DNA of 34,624 nucleotides from Prosthecobacter sp. (GCA_025869455.1 JAOZVT010001021.1:1-34624); one strand, 5' to 3'. Shown: positions 1 to 8,507, counted from the first letter of the stretch. Numbers and translations: made by a program. Notes: generated from the letters alone by a model not told the origin.

Positions 1-1365
1 AGGAAGAGCTGACTGGCCTGATGGCGTCACGCCCGCCTGTGAATAAACATCCACCCAGTTGATCCCGTCATCAACCGACACCTGAACCAAGGCATATTCA
101 AAAGTCGAGGCGGCTCTCAATCGGCTACGGAAGGAGAGACTGGCTCCCGGCTGAACTTGAAAGCTATCATCGTAAGTTAGAATCTCCGAACTGTAAGCTC
201 CAATAGGATGCACTAAATGATAGGCTGCCGCCCCTGAATGCTTCACCGTTGTTGATAAAGGAGCATAGGTCTCCGTCGTGGTCGCGGTCACTCGGTCAAA
301 ATTTTCTGCCCCATCATCTGGCACATCTCCGATTTTCAGCGCCTGCCATTCGTAACTTGTTGCTCCGCCAATAGCGGGAAAGGAAAAGGATGAGGTACCG
401 CCATTATTCACCACCGTAGGACCGTTCAGTGCCAAAGGCGTAAATGCAGGTTTAAAATCCACCTTCACATTCTTACCCCCTGAAATGACGACATCTCCAC
501 CGCCATTCAGTCCAAGTCCGGCAAAGGTCACTGCACGCGTCGTGCTGCTAGTCGGGATAGGAACGGTAAAGCCACCCGAGTTTGCCGTCACGGCATGAAA
601 GGATGAACCCGCTACATTCACGGTTAGGCCGCCAATCCCTTCCCCCAAATCATAAAAGTTATTCCCGTTTAAGTCGTAGTACGCGACTCCTGTGACGAAG
701 GCAGAACTTGCAGAAGGCGTTCCGAAGTTCTGCGTTACTAACTGTGGCCCCACGGTATTACTTCCCACCGTATTGGTTCCTAGAATAACACCGATCCCCA
801 CTTCACGGTAATCTCCGTGAATGTTCGTTCGGTGTCCACGTCCCTCCTGCATACCATCCGTATCAGGTGGCTCCCCCTCTACGGAACCCCAGTCCACCTG
901 GAATCCAGCATGGCCCTGAAACACAGAATCCGCATAGGAAAACACATTCTCCCCCAGGGAAGAAAAGGAGTAATTCACCGCAGCCACGCGCTCAGCAAGA
1001 TGATCACCATTGAAACTCTCGTGACCTTGAAAAGCATGTGTAAACATGTCCGCATTGTGCCCTCGTGCCATGGTCGTCAGTTTCGCATTCAACGCCAAAG
1101 GCTGACCTGCCTGAATGGCCGCAAATTCCGATTGCATAAGCACCAGATCCACCCCGTGAAACTGAAGTGCATTCACCACGTCTGGATCCGTGGTGGTAGC
1201 CATGCGCACGCCCTCAGCAGTCGGGTTTGCACGTGCCCGGTTGATCATCTCCAAGTAGAGTTGCTCTTCATCCGTCGGCTCTCCGATAGAGTAAAGAGTC
1301 GTGCCCTGGCTCCACGCGGCGGTGGTGATCGTGAGCAGGATCAGAAGCATGGTTGACGCCTTCAT
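1..1365 (-). CDS. Secreted CAP (SCP/PR-1)-domain protein with downstream beta-sandwich domains; 3' end runs off the window edge
   Basis: Not in the ORF track because it has no stop in the window. Manual translation from ATG at 1365: MKASTMLLILLTITTAAWSQ (signal peptide), EEQLYLEMINRARANP, LNAKLTTMARGHNADM, GENVF, GHRTNIHGDYREVGIG, VTQNFG (CAP motifs), then GVAYYDLNGNNFYDLGEGIGG (SdrD-B/carboxypeptidase-regulatory-like). Frame stays open to position 1. Confidence 0.85.
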   Translation of the reverse strand, partial: MKASTMLLILLTITTAAWSQGTTLYSIGEPTDEEQLYLEMINRARANPTAEGVRMATTTDPDVVNALQFHGVDLVLMQSEFAAIQAGQPLALNAKLTTMARGHNADMFTHAFQGHESFNGDHLAERVAAVNYSFSSLGENVFSYADSVFQGHAGFQVDWGSVEGEPPDTDGMQEGRGHRTNIHGDYREVGIGVILGTNTVGSNTVGPQLVTQNFGTPSASSAFVTGVAYYDLNGNNFYDLGEGIGGLTVNVAGSSFHAVTANSGGFTVPIPTSSTTRAVTFAGLGLNGGGDVVISGGKNVKVDFKPAFTPLALNGPTVVNNGGTSSFSFPAIGGATSYEWQALKIGDVPDDGAENFDRVTATTTETYAPLSTTVKHSGAAAYHLVHPIGAYSSEILTYDDSFQVQPGASLSFRSRLRAASTFEYALVQVSVDDGINWVDVYSQAGVTPSGQSALP

Positions 1366-1460
1366 CCCGCATTATCACCGCCAGACGAGATCAGGCAACC
1401 TAACAAAGAAAAGAATCAACCGAGGAAAACAAACCAGCGAGCTGCTCTAATATCCCTTGA

Positions 1461-2624
1461 TTAACAGCAGCCAGCCCCAGGGACACAGCCACCTTTCACC
1501 TCCTGAACAAGCTCACCATCTCGGTGCGTTGGTGTCGGTTTCCCTGGGCGGAAATGCTCTTCATGCTCCAGCTTAGCGATCAAAGTCGGGAACTGGGTAC
1601 AAGTCTCAGCAAGCCCAGCTTTCACAGCTTCCATCAAGGTTGCCGGATCAGCCTCCGCACGTAGATTTACGATGAGCTGCCCCCCTTCACTCGGTTCATC
1701 CAGCTCCATTCCCAATTCAGGAATGTAGTCACTACGCACCAAATTCACTGAAGCTAACTCCCCCGCGATTCCGTCATCGGGACTGTACGTCATTTTGAAA
1801 TGAGCGATCTCCGTCCCATCTTTTTGCAGTCGTTGCTGCACATCCGCAGCCAACGCGCGGAGGAAGTCATTAGCCTCGAATTCCTCGGTCGCTTTCAGCG
1901 TGACCGTTGCGTTCAGCCAGCCTAGCAAAGCTTCACCATCCGCATAGACCTCGTAGTCCACCGCCATCGGGTTCCGCCGAGCTTGCTCATCGGTCATCAA
2001 TTGGCCAAAGAGTTCCTCTAAACCTGTCTCCTGACGAGGAGACGCTGTCAGAATCTGAGCCAGCGGAAACTCTTTCGTCAAGGCTTCGCGCAATTCCTCA
2101 CGCTCATGATCTCCAATCATGTCACTCTTGCTGATGACGATGATGTCTGCCTCTTCGAGCTGTTTTTTGAAAATGTAAGCGACCTTGCTGGAGAAGCTCC
2201 CCCCAGCATCCAGCCCAAACACACGCCGTGCACGCACAGGGTCCACCAGCACGCTCAGTGGAGCGATGGTAAAGGCATCCCCATACATACGACGCAGTGG
2301 GTACGTGACTGTCGCCACCAAATCCGTGCAACTCCCCACAGGCTCTGCGATAAAAACATCCGGCTTCATTTGATCGGATAGTTTGTTAGCCGCATCGACC
2401 AACGTATTAAAACGACAGCAAAAACACCCCCCTGCAATTTCCTCCGTGGCATAGCCCTGCCCACGCAGCAGCTTCGTATCCACCAGACCGCCAGCCTGAT
2501 CATTCGTAATCAATCCCACCCGCAATCCTTGATCCGTCAGATACTTGGCCAGACGGCCCACAGTGGTGGTCTTTCCGGCTCCGAGGAAACCTCCAATCAT
2601 GATGTAGCGTGCTTTACTGGGCAT
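1461..2624 (-). CDS. CobW/COG0523-like G3E P-loop GTPase (putative metallochaperone)
   Basis: Walker A GGFLGAGKTT, ITNDQ, GGCFCC (CxCC metal motif), AEPVGSC, QLEEADIIVISKSD (G4-like); C-terminus GGCVPGAGCC. Confidence 0.85.
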   Translation of the reverse strand: MPSKARYIMIGGFLGAGKTTTVGRLAKYLTDQGLRVGLITNDQAGGLVDTKLLRGQGYATEEIAGGCFCCRFNTLVDAANKLSDQMKPDVFIAEPVGSCTDLVATVTYPLRRMYGDAFTIAPLSVLVDPVRARRVFGLDAGGSFSSKVAYIFKKQLEEADIIVISKSDMIGDHEREELREALTKEFPLAQILTASPRQETGLEELFGQLMTDEQARRNPMAVDYEVYADGEALLGWLNATVTLKATEEFEANDFLRALAADVQQRLQKDGTEIAHFKMTYSPDDGIAGELASVNLVRSDYIPELGMELDEPSEGGQLIVNLRAEADPATLMEAVKAGLAETCTQFPTLIAKLEHEEHFRPGKPTPTHRDGELVQEVKGGCVPGAGCC

Positions 2625-2731
2625 TAATTGATTTGAGATTATTTGCGACGATGCGCAAGTACCATTCCTGATTGAATTTAAAGATCCTAATCAACTCGTT
2701 TCCCAAGCCCATCCCCTAAAGCCCCATCCAC

Positions 2732-3214
2732 TCAAGGACGAACCTTGATGACCTCGATTTTGACCACTTGTCGCACCCAGCGGAAATGCCGACGTTCTTT
2801 AGGGACAATTAGGCGATACGGACCTTGGCCAATCGGTATAGCTTCCCCATTCATAGCGTCTGCTAAAATAACAGGATCATCTGTACTACGCGGGTCCAAC
2901 TCTGGTAACGCAAAGACGACGCTATATCCATCTGCAGCAGTCACTAAAACATACTGAGCTAAAGCAGGACCACGTAAGGAGTCCCCAAGATTAAGCTCTG
3001 CTTGCTGCAAAACCTGATAAAGAGGAACGCCTGTCCAGGCAGCTTCCTCGCCACCGTGATCTACCGCTTTCACGGTTTGATGAGGAAGCAATTCCAGATC
3101 ATTTTTCTTGAGTTTAATCGGGGCGGAATCCCCCACTTTCACGCTCAATTCCCCTGCATAAACTGAGCAGAAAAGCGTGAGTAAAACCAAATGAAAAAGA
3201 TAGTTTTTCAGCAT
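2732..3214 (-). CDS. Exported protein with molybdopterin-dependent oxidoreductase (Oxidored_molyb/SUOX-like) fold
   Basis: Signal peptide; WTGVPL..VL, VTAADGYSVVF, VILADAMNGEAI...GPYRLIVP...RWVRQV..IEV match the SUOX/MsrP Moco-binding domain pattern. Starts 1 nt after the receptor stop. Confidence 0.75.
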   Translation of the reverse strand: MLKNYLFHLVLLTLFCSVYAGELSVKVGDSAPIKLKKNDLELLPHQTVKAVDHGGEEAAWTGVPLYQVLQQAELNLGDSLRGPALAQYVLVTAADGYSVVFALPELDPRSTDDPVILADAMNGEAIPIGQGPYRLIVPKERRHFRWVRQVVKIEVIKVRP

Positions 3215-3215
3215 G

Positions 3216-5168
3216 TTAAAACTCCACTTTCATGTTCACAAAAAAGACACGCCCAGCTTCAGGATACCCCTCAGTCAGCGCATAATTGCGGTCGAACACA
3301 TTGTTCACTCCTGCACTCAGTGTTATCTCATGGGGTAAACGCACCGCTACTTTGAGATTCGCGATGGCCCAGGCACCCGCTTCACTCCCATAACTGGTGG
3401 AGTAGCGTGATCCATTGTATTCCACACTCGGGATCACACTCAGCCAGTTCAGCGGACGGATCTCCGCATAGGTAAAAAAGCTGTGCCTTGGCGTATCAAT
3501 CAATCGTACGTTAGGCTGGCTCAGATTTTGCCGATCCAGATACGCATAATTAACCGTCCACTGAAACACTTCATTCGGTTTCCAATCCCAGCCAAATTCA
3601 GCCCCGATATGCCGACTCTCCCCAACGTTCTGCAACTGGAAACGCCCCGGCTGCACATTGTCCACACGCTGAATGGTATCCTCAATCTCAGCCGCAAAGA
3701 CGTTGGCCCGAACCGTCAGTGAATCATGAAGTACACCTTCATAACCCAGTTCATAATGCACGGCCGTTTCAGGCTCCAGATCAGAATTCGGAATCGCTTG
3801 GCCCAGGCGATAGGAATAACGATCCTTGATGGTCGGAAATCGACTCTTCCGCGCCACCGTTAGATGCAATCGATGCGCTTCCGTTAAATCATAAAAGAAA
3901 CCCATTTGAGGATTCCACGAAGCAAATGCTTCGCCTCCAAGAGCAACTCCCGTATTCGTGTCCACCGCTTCTTCCACTGAGCGCCGATCATAACTGAGTC
4001 CTGCAACAGCAGAGAAACGATCTGTAAACTCATGGGTATCCTCCAATCCCAAAGACCAAGTCATATCCTCAAAGGTATAAAAATCCGCACCATCGTTATG
4101 CTCTTTGTGTCGATCAAATTTCCCATGCACCGCTGCTTTTAGAGTGTTGTTTGCACCTAACTGGGTACCTATCTCCAAGCTGCCACCCACAGTCCAATCA
4201 TCATAAAAACTCTGGAACGAGCGCCCAGCCTTTTGGCTGTCATAATGAGCGTCATCATAGGCAAACAACGTGTTTTTAAACTGATCCCAATACCACCTTG
4301 TCTTTAAATAAGTGTCTTTGGCTATCTCCGTCTGAGTGATGAGATAAACGGTCTGTTTATCCCAGCGAGGCCATTGCCAGAAACGAACGGACTGCAGGGG
4401 ATCATCACCTGCATAGACGGGGTTTCCCTTTTCCCCACGCTGGAGTGAATACCCTAAAGCATACTCATCTGTGTCATTCGGGGTATAGCCGACTTTAGCA
4501 CTGAAGCGCCAATCTTCACGATACGCATTGTCGCGAGAGCCTCCATTTTCGCGCGAATTAGACGTAAAATCATCCGACAGAGGGTACGAATCCGCATCCA
4601 GAAATGAACCACTTAACTGGGCATACCAAGGCCCTTGCCTGAAACCGACATTCAGCGCTGCCTGATAGCCGCCTTCTTGAAACCAACCTGTTAGAAGATC
4701 GCCTTCAACAGGCCGCTCCGGCTTTCGTGAAACAATATTGATGGCCCCACCCAGTGTATTTGCCCCATACAGAGCCGAGGAGAAGCCTTTGCTCACACGG
4801 ATCTGTGCCACATCAGCCGTGGTAAAACGACGCAAGTCCACATAACCATCGTACGGCACATAAACCGGAATCCCATCTATGAAAACAGGCACCTGCCGAA
4901 GGTCAAAACCACGCACATTCACACCCGTCTCATTGCGCGGCCCCGTTTGACTCATCGTGACTCCTGGAGAAAGCCGCAATGCTTCCGCCAGATCCGTCCT
5001 CTCCAGATTACGCATCGTCTCCACGCTGATGGTATCTGCAAGAGCATCCACCAAAGGTTGCTGACGATCCGCTGTAACAACAATGGCACCTAAGCTGAAG
5101 GGCTTTGTTTCAGCCGCATTAAGAAAAGAGCCAACGAATAAAAATAGGAAACAGGCACGCGGGAGCAT
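3216..5168 (-). CDS. TonB-dependent outer-membrane receptor
   Basis: Signal peptide; TonB-box-like IVVTA; plug motifs LRLSPGV, VRGFD..QVPVFIDG.P, VSKGFSSALYGANTLGGAINIVS; barrel end GVNNVFDRNY...GRVFFVNMKVEF with terminal Phe. Confidence 0.95.
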   Translation of the reverse strand: MLPRACFLFLFVGSFLNAAETKPFSLGAIVVTADRQQPLVDALADTISVETMRNLERTDLAEALRLSPGVTMSQTGPRNETGVNVRGFDLRQVPVFIDGIPVYVPYDGYVDLRRFTTADVAQIRVSKGFSSALYGANTLGGAINIVSRKPERPVEGDLLTGWFQEGGYQAALNVGFRQGPWYAQLSGSFLDADSYPLSDDFTSNSRENGGSRDNAYREDWRFSAKVGYTPNDTDEYALGYSLQRGEKGNPVYAGDDPLQSVRFWQWPRWDKQTVYLITQTEIAKDTYLKTRWYWDQFKNTLFAYDDAHYDSQKAGRSFQSFYDDWTVGGSLEIGTQLGANNTLKAAVHGKFDRHKEHNDGADFYTFEDMTWSLGLEDTHEFTDRFSAVAGLSYDRRSVEEAVDTNTGVALGGEAFASWNPQMGFFYDLTEAHRLHLTVARKSRFPTIKDRYSYRLGQAIPNSDLEPETAVHYELGYEGVLHDSLTVRANVFAAEIEDTIQRVDNVQPGRFQLQNVGESRHIGAEFGWDWKPNEVFQWTVNYAYLDRQNLSQPNVRLIDTPRHSFFTYAEIRPLNWLSVIPSVEYNGSRYSTSYGSEAGAWAIANLKVAVRLPHEITLSAGVNNVFDRNYALTEGYPEAGRVFFVNMKVEF

Positions 5169-5185
5169 GCTGCTAAAAAAGCCTC

Positions 5186-5211
5186 CCGATATGTTTTGTC
5201 AAACATATCGG
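5186..5211. promoter_or_regulatory. Putative ModE operator overlapping the -35 element of the TonB receptor promoter
   Basis: Perfect 11-bp inverted repeat CCGATATGTTT-tgtc-AAACATATCGG resembling the ModE consensus (CG-TATAT...ATATA-CG). Its centre reads TTGACA (5202-5197) on the minus strand. It lies between modE and the receptor start. Confidence 0.75.
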
Positions 5212-5220
5212 ATTTGAAAG

Positions 5221-5595
5221 TTAGGCTTCGAGCAATTTAAGCAGTTTTTTTTGGTGTTTCTTGATTGTCGAATCCAACTCCCCACGCAGTTCAGCATAAG
5301 CAGTTAGCACTTTTCCCCCAAGCTCTGTCAGGCTCGCACCACCTCTTACCGCTCCGCCCCGCGTGGAAATCACCAAAGACTCAGGAAACAATTCATTCAT
5401 GAGTTTCACATGACGCCAAGCGCGCTGGTAAGACATCTCCATCTTCCGCGCCGCTTCAGAGATGGACCCCGTTTCACGAATATGCGTGAGCAATTCGACT
5501 TTACCCGGACCCAATACCGTCACGGCACCAAGCAGTACCCGCACATGCAAAGCAACACGGGCCGTAGGTGATTCAACAAACGTGGAGGCAGACAT
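5221..5595 (-). CDS. modE: ModE-family regulator, winged-helix DNA-binding domain only (no TOBE/Mop domains)
   Basis: LGPGKVELL..IRETGSISEAARKMEMSYQRAW..V..MN..F...LV...RGG..RGGASLTELG is the ModE N-terminal signature; only 124 aa. Confidence 0.88.
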   Translation of the reverse strand: MSASTFVESPTARVALHVRVLLGAVTVLGPGKVELLTHIRETGSISEAARKMEMSYQRAWRHVKLMNELFPESLVISTRGGAVRGGASLTELGGKVLTAYAELRGELDSTIKKHQKKLLKLLEA

Positions 5596-5648
5596 GCCTC
5601 AAAATACCAAAATTACGCCAAGCTTCCACCAAGACCTGCAAGCACAAT

Positions 5649-5972
5649 TCATTCACCCTCAAACTGATCCAGATGAAACTGGCAGCAGCCGAGATCCAGA
5701 GTTTGAGTACCGGGTTTCATACGCGCCCGAAAAGCTTCCGCCAATGAATAGACCCGTTGCTGGCTGTGTTTTTTAACCTCGATCAAACCCGCTTCACGCA
5801 ATACCCGCAAATGCTTGGAAGCATTGTAAGGGGTGGCCGAAAGCTCTTCGCACAAATCATTCACACAACGTGGCCCGGCCAACAAAGCACGTACCAACGC
5901 AAAGCGTGTCGGCTCACCAAGCGCACGCATGGCGGTGAGGCAGTCAAAATGAACGCGACGGCTGCGGGGCAT
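5649..5972 (-). CDS. ArsR/SmtB family transcriptional regulator
   Basis: ALGEPTRFALV..L..GPRCVNDL...L.....ASKHLRVLREAGLI......R.Y.L. Start chosen at ATG 5972 (ORF track extends to 6008). Confidence 0.88.
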   Translation of the reverse strand: MPRSRRVHFDCLTAMRALGEPTRFALVRALLAGPRCVNDLCEELSATPYNASKHLRVLREAGLIEVKKHSQQRVYSLAEAFRARMKPGTQTLDLGCCQFHLDQFEGE

Positions 5973-6036
5973 GTGGGAGATGATTAAGCAGGCTCCGCCA
6001 TTACGCAAGACTTGCCTGAAGGCACACCAATCTAAA

Positions 6037-6621
6037 TCAAACGTTTGACCCTTTTTTCAAAGGCAAAACCGGCTGCTTACGAAACAGATTCCAGTGATCA
6101 ATCGCCCCCCAAATCACATAGGTAAGGACATAAGAGATGGGAGCCAAAACAGCGCCCAAAACGACCCCGCCAAACAACATGACAGGCGCATGTTCCTTAA
6201 GGGCCAACCACATACCAGCCACATCCATGGGAAACTTATCTGGGAAAGGAGTGGATGGAACCTCCGTTAAAAAGGCCAACGCCCATTTACCCACATGATA
6301 TTCCAGAGGTACTAGGGCGGCTAAAGTCACCGGATTGCTGACCCAGCACATGGCAATGGCTATGGGGATATTCACCCGAAAAACCGCTGCCAAAATGGCT
6401 GCAGAAGGCATTTGGATGGGCAGCAGTTGCAGCGTCACAAAAGTCCCCACCGCCATGCCTCCAGAAAAGGTATGCTGCGTTGGTTTCCAGACTCGTTTGT
6501 CCAAAAAATGGCGCGCAAACCACCGCATGAGAGGACTGGCCTTCAACTTCCTCGGGTGCTTGAGGAAACGGTAGGTCTTGAAGACGGAGCGGCGAAAATA
6601 GCCTTTGGCGAATTCAACCAT
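6037..6621 (-). CDS. DUF2062-family membrane protein
   Basis: W.PT.H.FSGGMAVGTF..L.P.QMP.AA.LA..FRVNIPIA....WVSNPVT...L....Y.VG pattern. Start either ATG 6621 (used) or 6654, which overlaps uppP. Confidence 0.8.
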   Translation of the reverse strand: MVEFAKGYFRRSVFKTYRFLKHPRKLKASPLMRWFARHFLDKRVWKPTQHTFSGGMAVGTFVTLQLLPIQMPSAAILAAVFRVNIPIAIAMCWVSNPVTLAALVPLEYHVGKWALAFLTEVPSTPFPDKFPMDVAGMWLALKEHAPVMLFGGVVLGAVLAPISYVLTYVIWGAIDHWNLFRKQPVLPLKKGSNV

Positions 6622-6631
6622 TGGAGTGGAT

Positions 6632-7432
6632 TCAGGGGTTCCCCAAGGCCACATAGATCAACAGACCTGCACCGAGAAATACCCGGTAAACAGCAAATCC
6701 ATTGAAGGTATGACTCTGAACGAAGTGAATGAGCCATTTCACCACCACAAAAGCAGAGATGGCGCTGACTAGGGTACCTAATGCGACCATGGACCAATCT
6801 TCGCCACCTAGACCATGATCTTTAATTTCAGAAATGATCTTCAGTCCACCTGCCGCCATCAGTGTCGGGATGCCCAGGAGGAAGGAAAACTCCGTTGCTG
6901 CCGGACGAGCAATGCTGAAGGCCATAGCCATCATGATGCTCGCACCGGAACGAGAAGTGCCTGGAAAGACAGCAGCCAATAACTGCGAGGCAGCCACCGC
7001 AGCCACCACCACCCATGTGATTTCACTAGTGCCAGTTTTGCCGCGATAAACACGCTCTAGCCAAAAAATGATGAGTCCACCAATCAAAGTGGCCCAGGCC
7101 ACAGGCTGCACGGTCTCAGGTAATTTCAGACCCAGCTTCTTGATGATCAAACCGCCGATAGCCGTCAGCAGAAACGCCCCCCCCAGCTTCGCTAGGTAAT
7201 CGCGGGTTTCAGGACTGTTTAAAGTCATGGCCATGTGCTTCAGCTTCTGAGTGAATACGGCCAACACAGCCAAGACCGCACCGCTCTGAATTACCACGTT
7301 GAACAAATCGCTCTTAGCTGGCAACCACCCCAAAGTCTGCGGGATCAAGAGATGCCCCGTCGAAGAAATGGGGAGAAATTCAGTGACACCTTCAATGATG
7401 CCAAGAAAGATAACAGAGAGCCAGTCGGGCAT
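6632..7432 (-). CDS. uppP: Undecaprenyl-diphosphatase (BacA)
   Basis: LGIIEGVTEFLPISSTGHL, IQSGAVLAV, FPGTSRSGASI, ATEFSFLLGIPT, FAVYR. Start at ATG 7432 (MPDWL). Confidence 0.96.
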   Translation of the reverse strand: MPDWLSVIFLGIIEGVTEFLPISSTGHLLIPQTLGWLPAKSDLFNVVIQSGAVLAVLAVFTQKLKHMAMTLNSPETRDYLAKLGGAFLLTAIGGLIIKKLGLKLPETVQPVAWATLIGGLIIFWLERVYRGKTGTSEITWVVVAAVAASQLLAAVFPGTSRSGASIMMAMAFSIARPAATEFSFLLGIPTLMAAGGLKIISEIKDHGLGGEDWSMVALGTLVSAISAFVVVKWLIHFVQSHTFNGFAVYRVFLGAGLLIYVALGNP

Positions 7433-7552
7433 AAAATAACAGATCGGGGGGAGTAAATCGCGTAGCGCGCATTTACGAGGCAATAATAGCGAATGCAAGC
7501 ACCGTCACGAGAGGAGTGTGACACATCTGCTCCATTCCGGACGGTCTGTGCA

Positions 7553-7582
7553 TTGACACCCAGCCTCGAAACCTGATAGCAT
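7553..7582 (+). promoter_or_regulatory. Putative sigma70-type promoter for the 7615/8014 gene pair
   Basis: TTGACA (7553-7558), 18-nt spacer, TAGCAT (7577-7582), 32 nt before the ATG at 7615. Confidence 0.4.
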
Positions 7583-7614
7583 CCTGAAAATGCACAAAGG
7601 CTAGGTTATTACCT

Positions 7615-7956
7615 ATGAAGACTCCCCCCAGCACCGCCCTCCTCTTCGGCTTACTCCTCTTTTTTCTGGCACCTGCTTGCTCGAAAGTCCGCATCATTAG
7701 CCAAGAACAAGAGGCCGCAGAGACAAAACTCGCGGCGCTACAGGTGGAAGATGTGGAGTTACAGCAGAAAATAACCACCCTCCGACAAGTGCTTCCCCCA
7801 CTCATCAACACCACAGAGGCCGCCACAAAGCTAGCTCTCAAATATCAAACTGACAGCCAATTGATCCAAGAACAATTAGCTGGCGCAGTAAAAAGCTATG
7901 AGACGACGGAAGCAGCCCTGAAGGCCCTGCAAAAAGAAGTGGAAGGCATGCGGTAA
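7615..7956 (+). CDS. Hypothetical lipoprotein, coiled coil
   Basis: Hydrophobic leader ending LAPAC (lipobox-like), followed by Q/E/K/A-rich heptads. Confidence 0.65.
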   Translation: MKTPPSTALLFGLLLFFLAPACSKVRIISQEQEAAETKLAALQVEDVELQQKITTLRQVLPPLINTTEAATKLALKYQTDSQLIQEQLAGAVKSYETTEAALKALQKEVEGMR

Positions 7957-8013
7957 GCCCAGAAATCCTAGACCCGAGACTCTTTTCGCAACCTAATCTA
8001 TATTTCCTTGATC

Positions 8014-8496
8014 ATGAAAAATCTCTTTGCACTCCTGCTCTTTGCAGTGGGCTTTGGCTCTTTGTATCTCTACTGGCAGCATGGAAAGTCCAAAACAGAC
8101 ATGGCTGGGATCAACCAAAATTTGGCAAGCTTTGAGCAGGCCGTGACTTTAAAGCGCACTGAGTTTCAAGCACTGGTCAATGCAGTCCAGGCACAAAAAG
8201 ACATTCAAGAAAAGCTGGTCTCAATCAACAAAATCAAAGTTCAAGAGGACGAGCTCAAAAAGCAGTATGCTAAGCTGGTCAGTGAGAAGGCCGAAATCAT
8301 CTTGGGCATTCGCAAAAAGGTTGTCGGCACAACAGTTCCCGAACTCATCTTGGCTGATGGCAAAAAGCTCATCCAAGTGAATATCCTCAAAGCTGATGAC
8401 AGTGGTCTTTCCATCAGTCATAGCACAGGTGCACAGAAGATAGCCCCCTCAGATCTCAATGCGGAATGGCGCCAAAAATTGTACTACCTAGAGTAA
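8014..8496 (+). CDS. Hypothetical N-terminally anchored coiled-coil protein with small C-terminal beta domain
   Basis: N-terminal TM/signal segment, ~80-aa coiled coil, then LILADGKKL.QVNILKADDSGLSISHSTG..KI...DL..EW. Start at ATG 8014. Confidence 0.7.
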   Translation: MKNLFALLLFAVGFGSLYLYWQHGKSKTDMAGINQNLASFEQAVTLKRTEFQALVNAVQAQKDIQEKLVSINKIKVQEDELKKQYAKLVSEKAEIILGIRKKVVGTTVPELILADGKKLIQVNILKADDSGLSISHSTGAQKIAPSDLNAEWRQKLYYLE

Positions 8497-8507
8497 AGAT
8501 TCTCTAC

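Noticed and set aside
817-1356. 179-aa plus-strand ORF
   Set aside because: Antisense shadow of the CAP-domain gene, which has clear motifs; no family features of its own.
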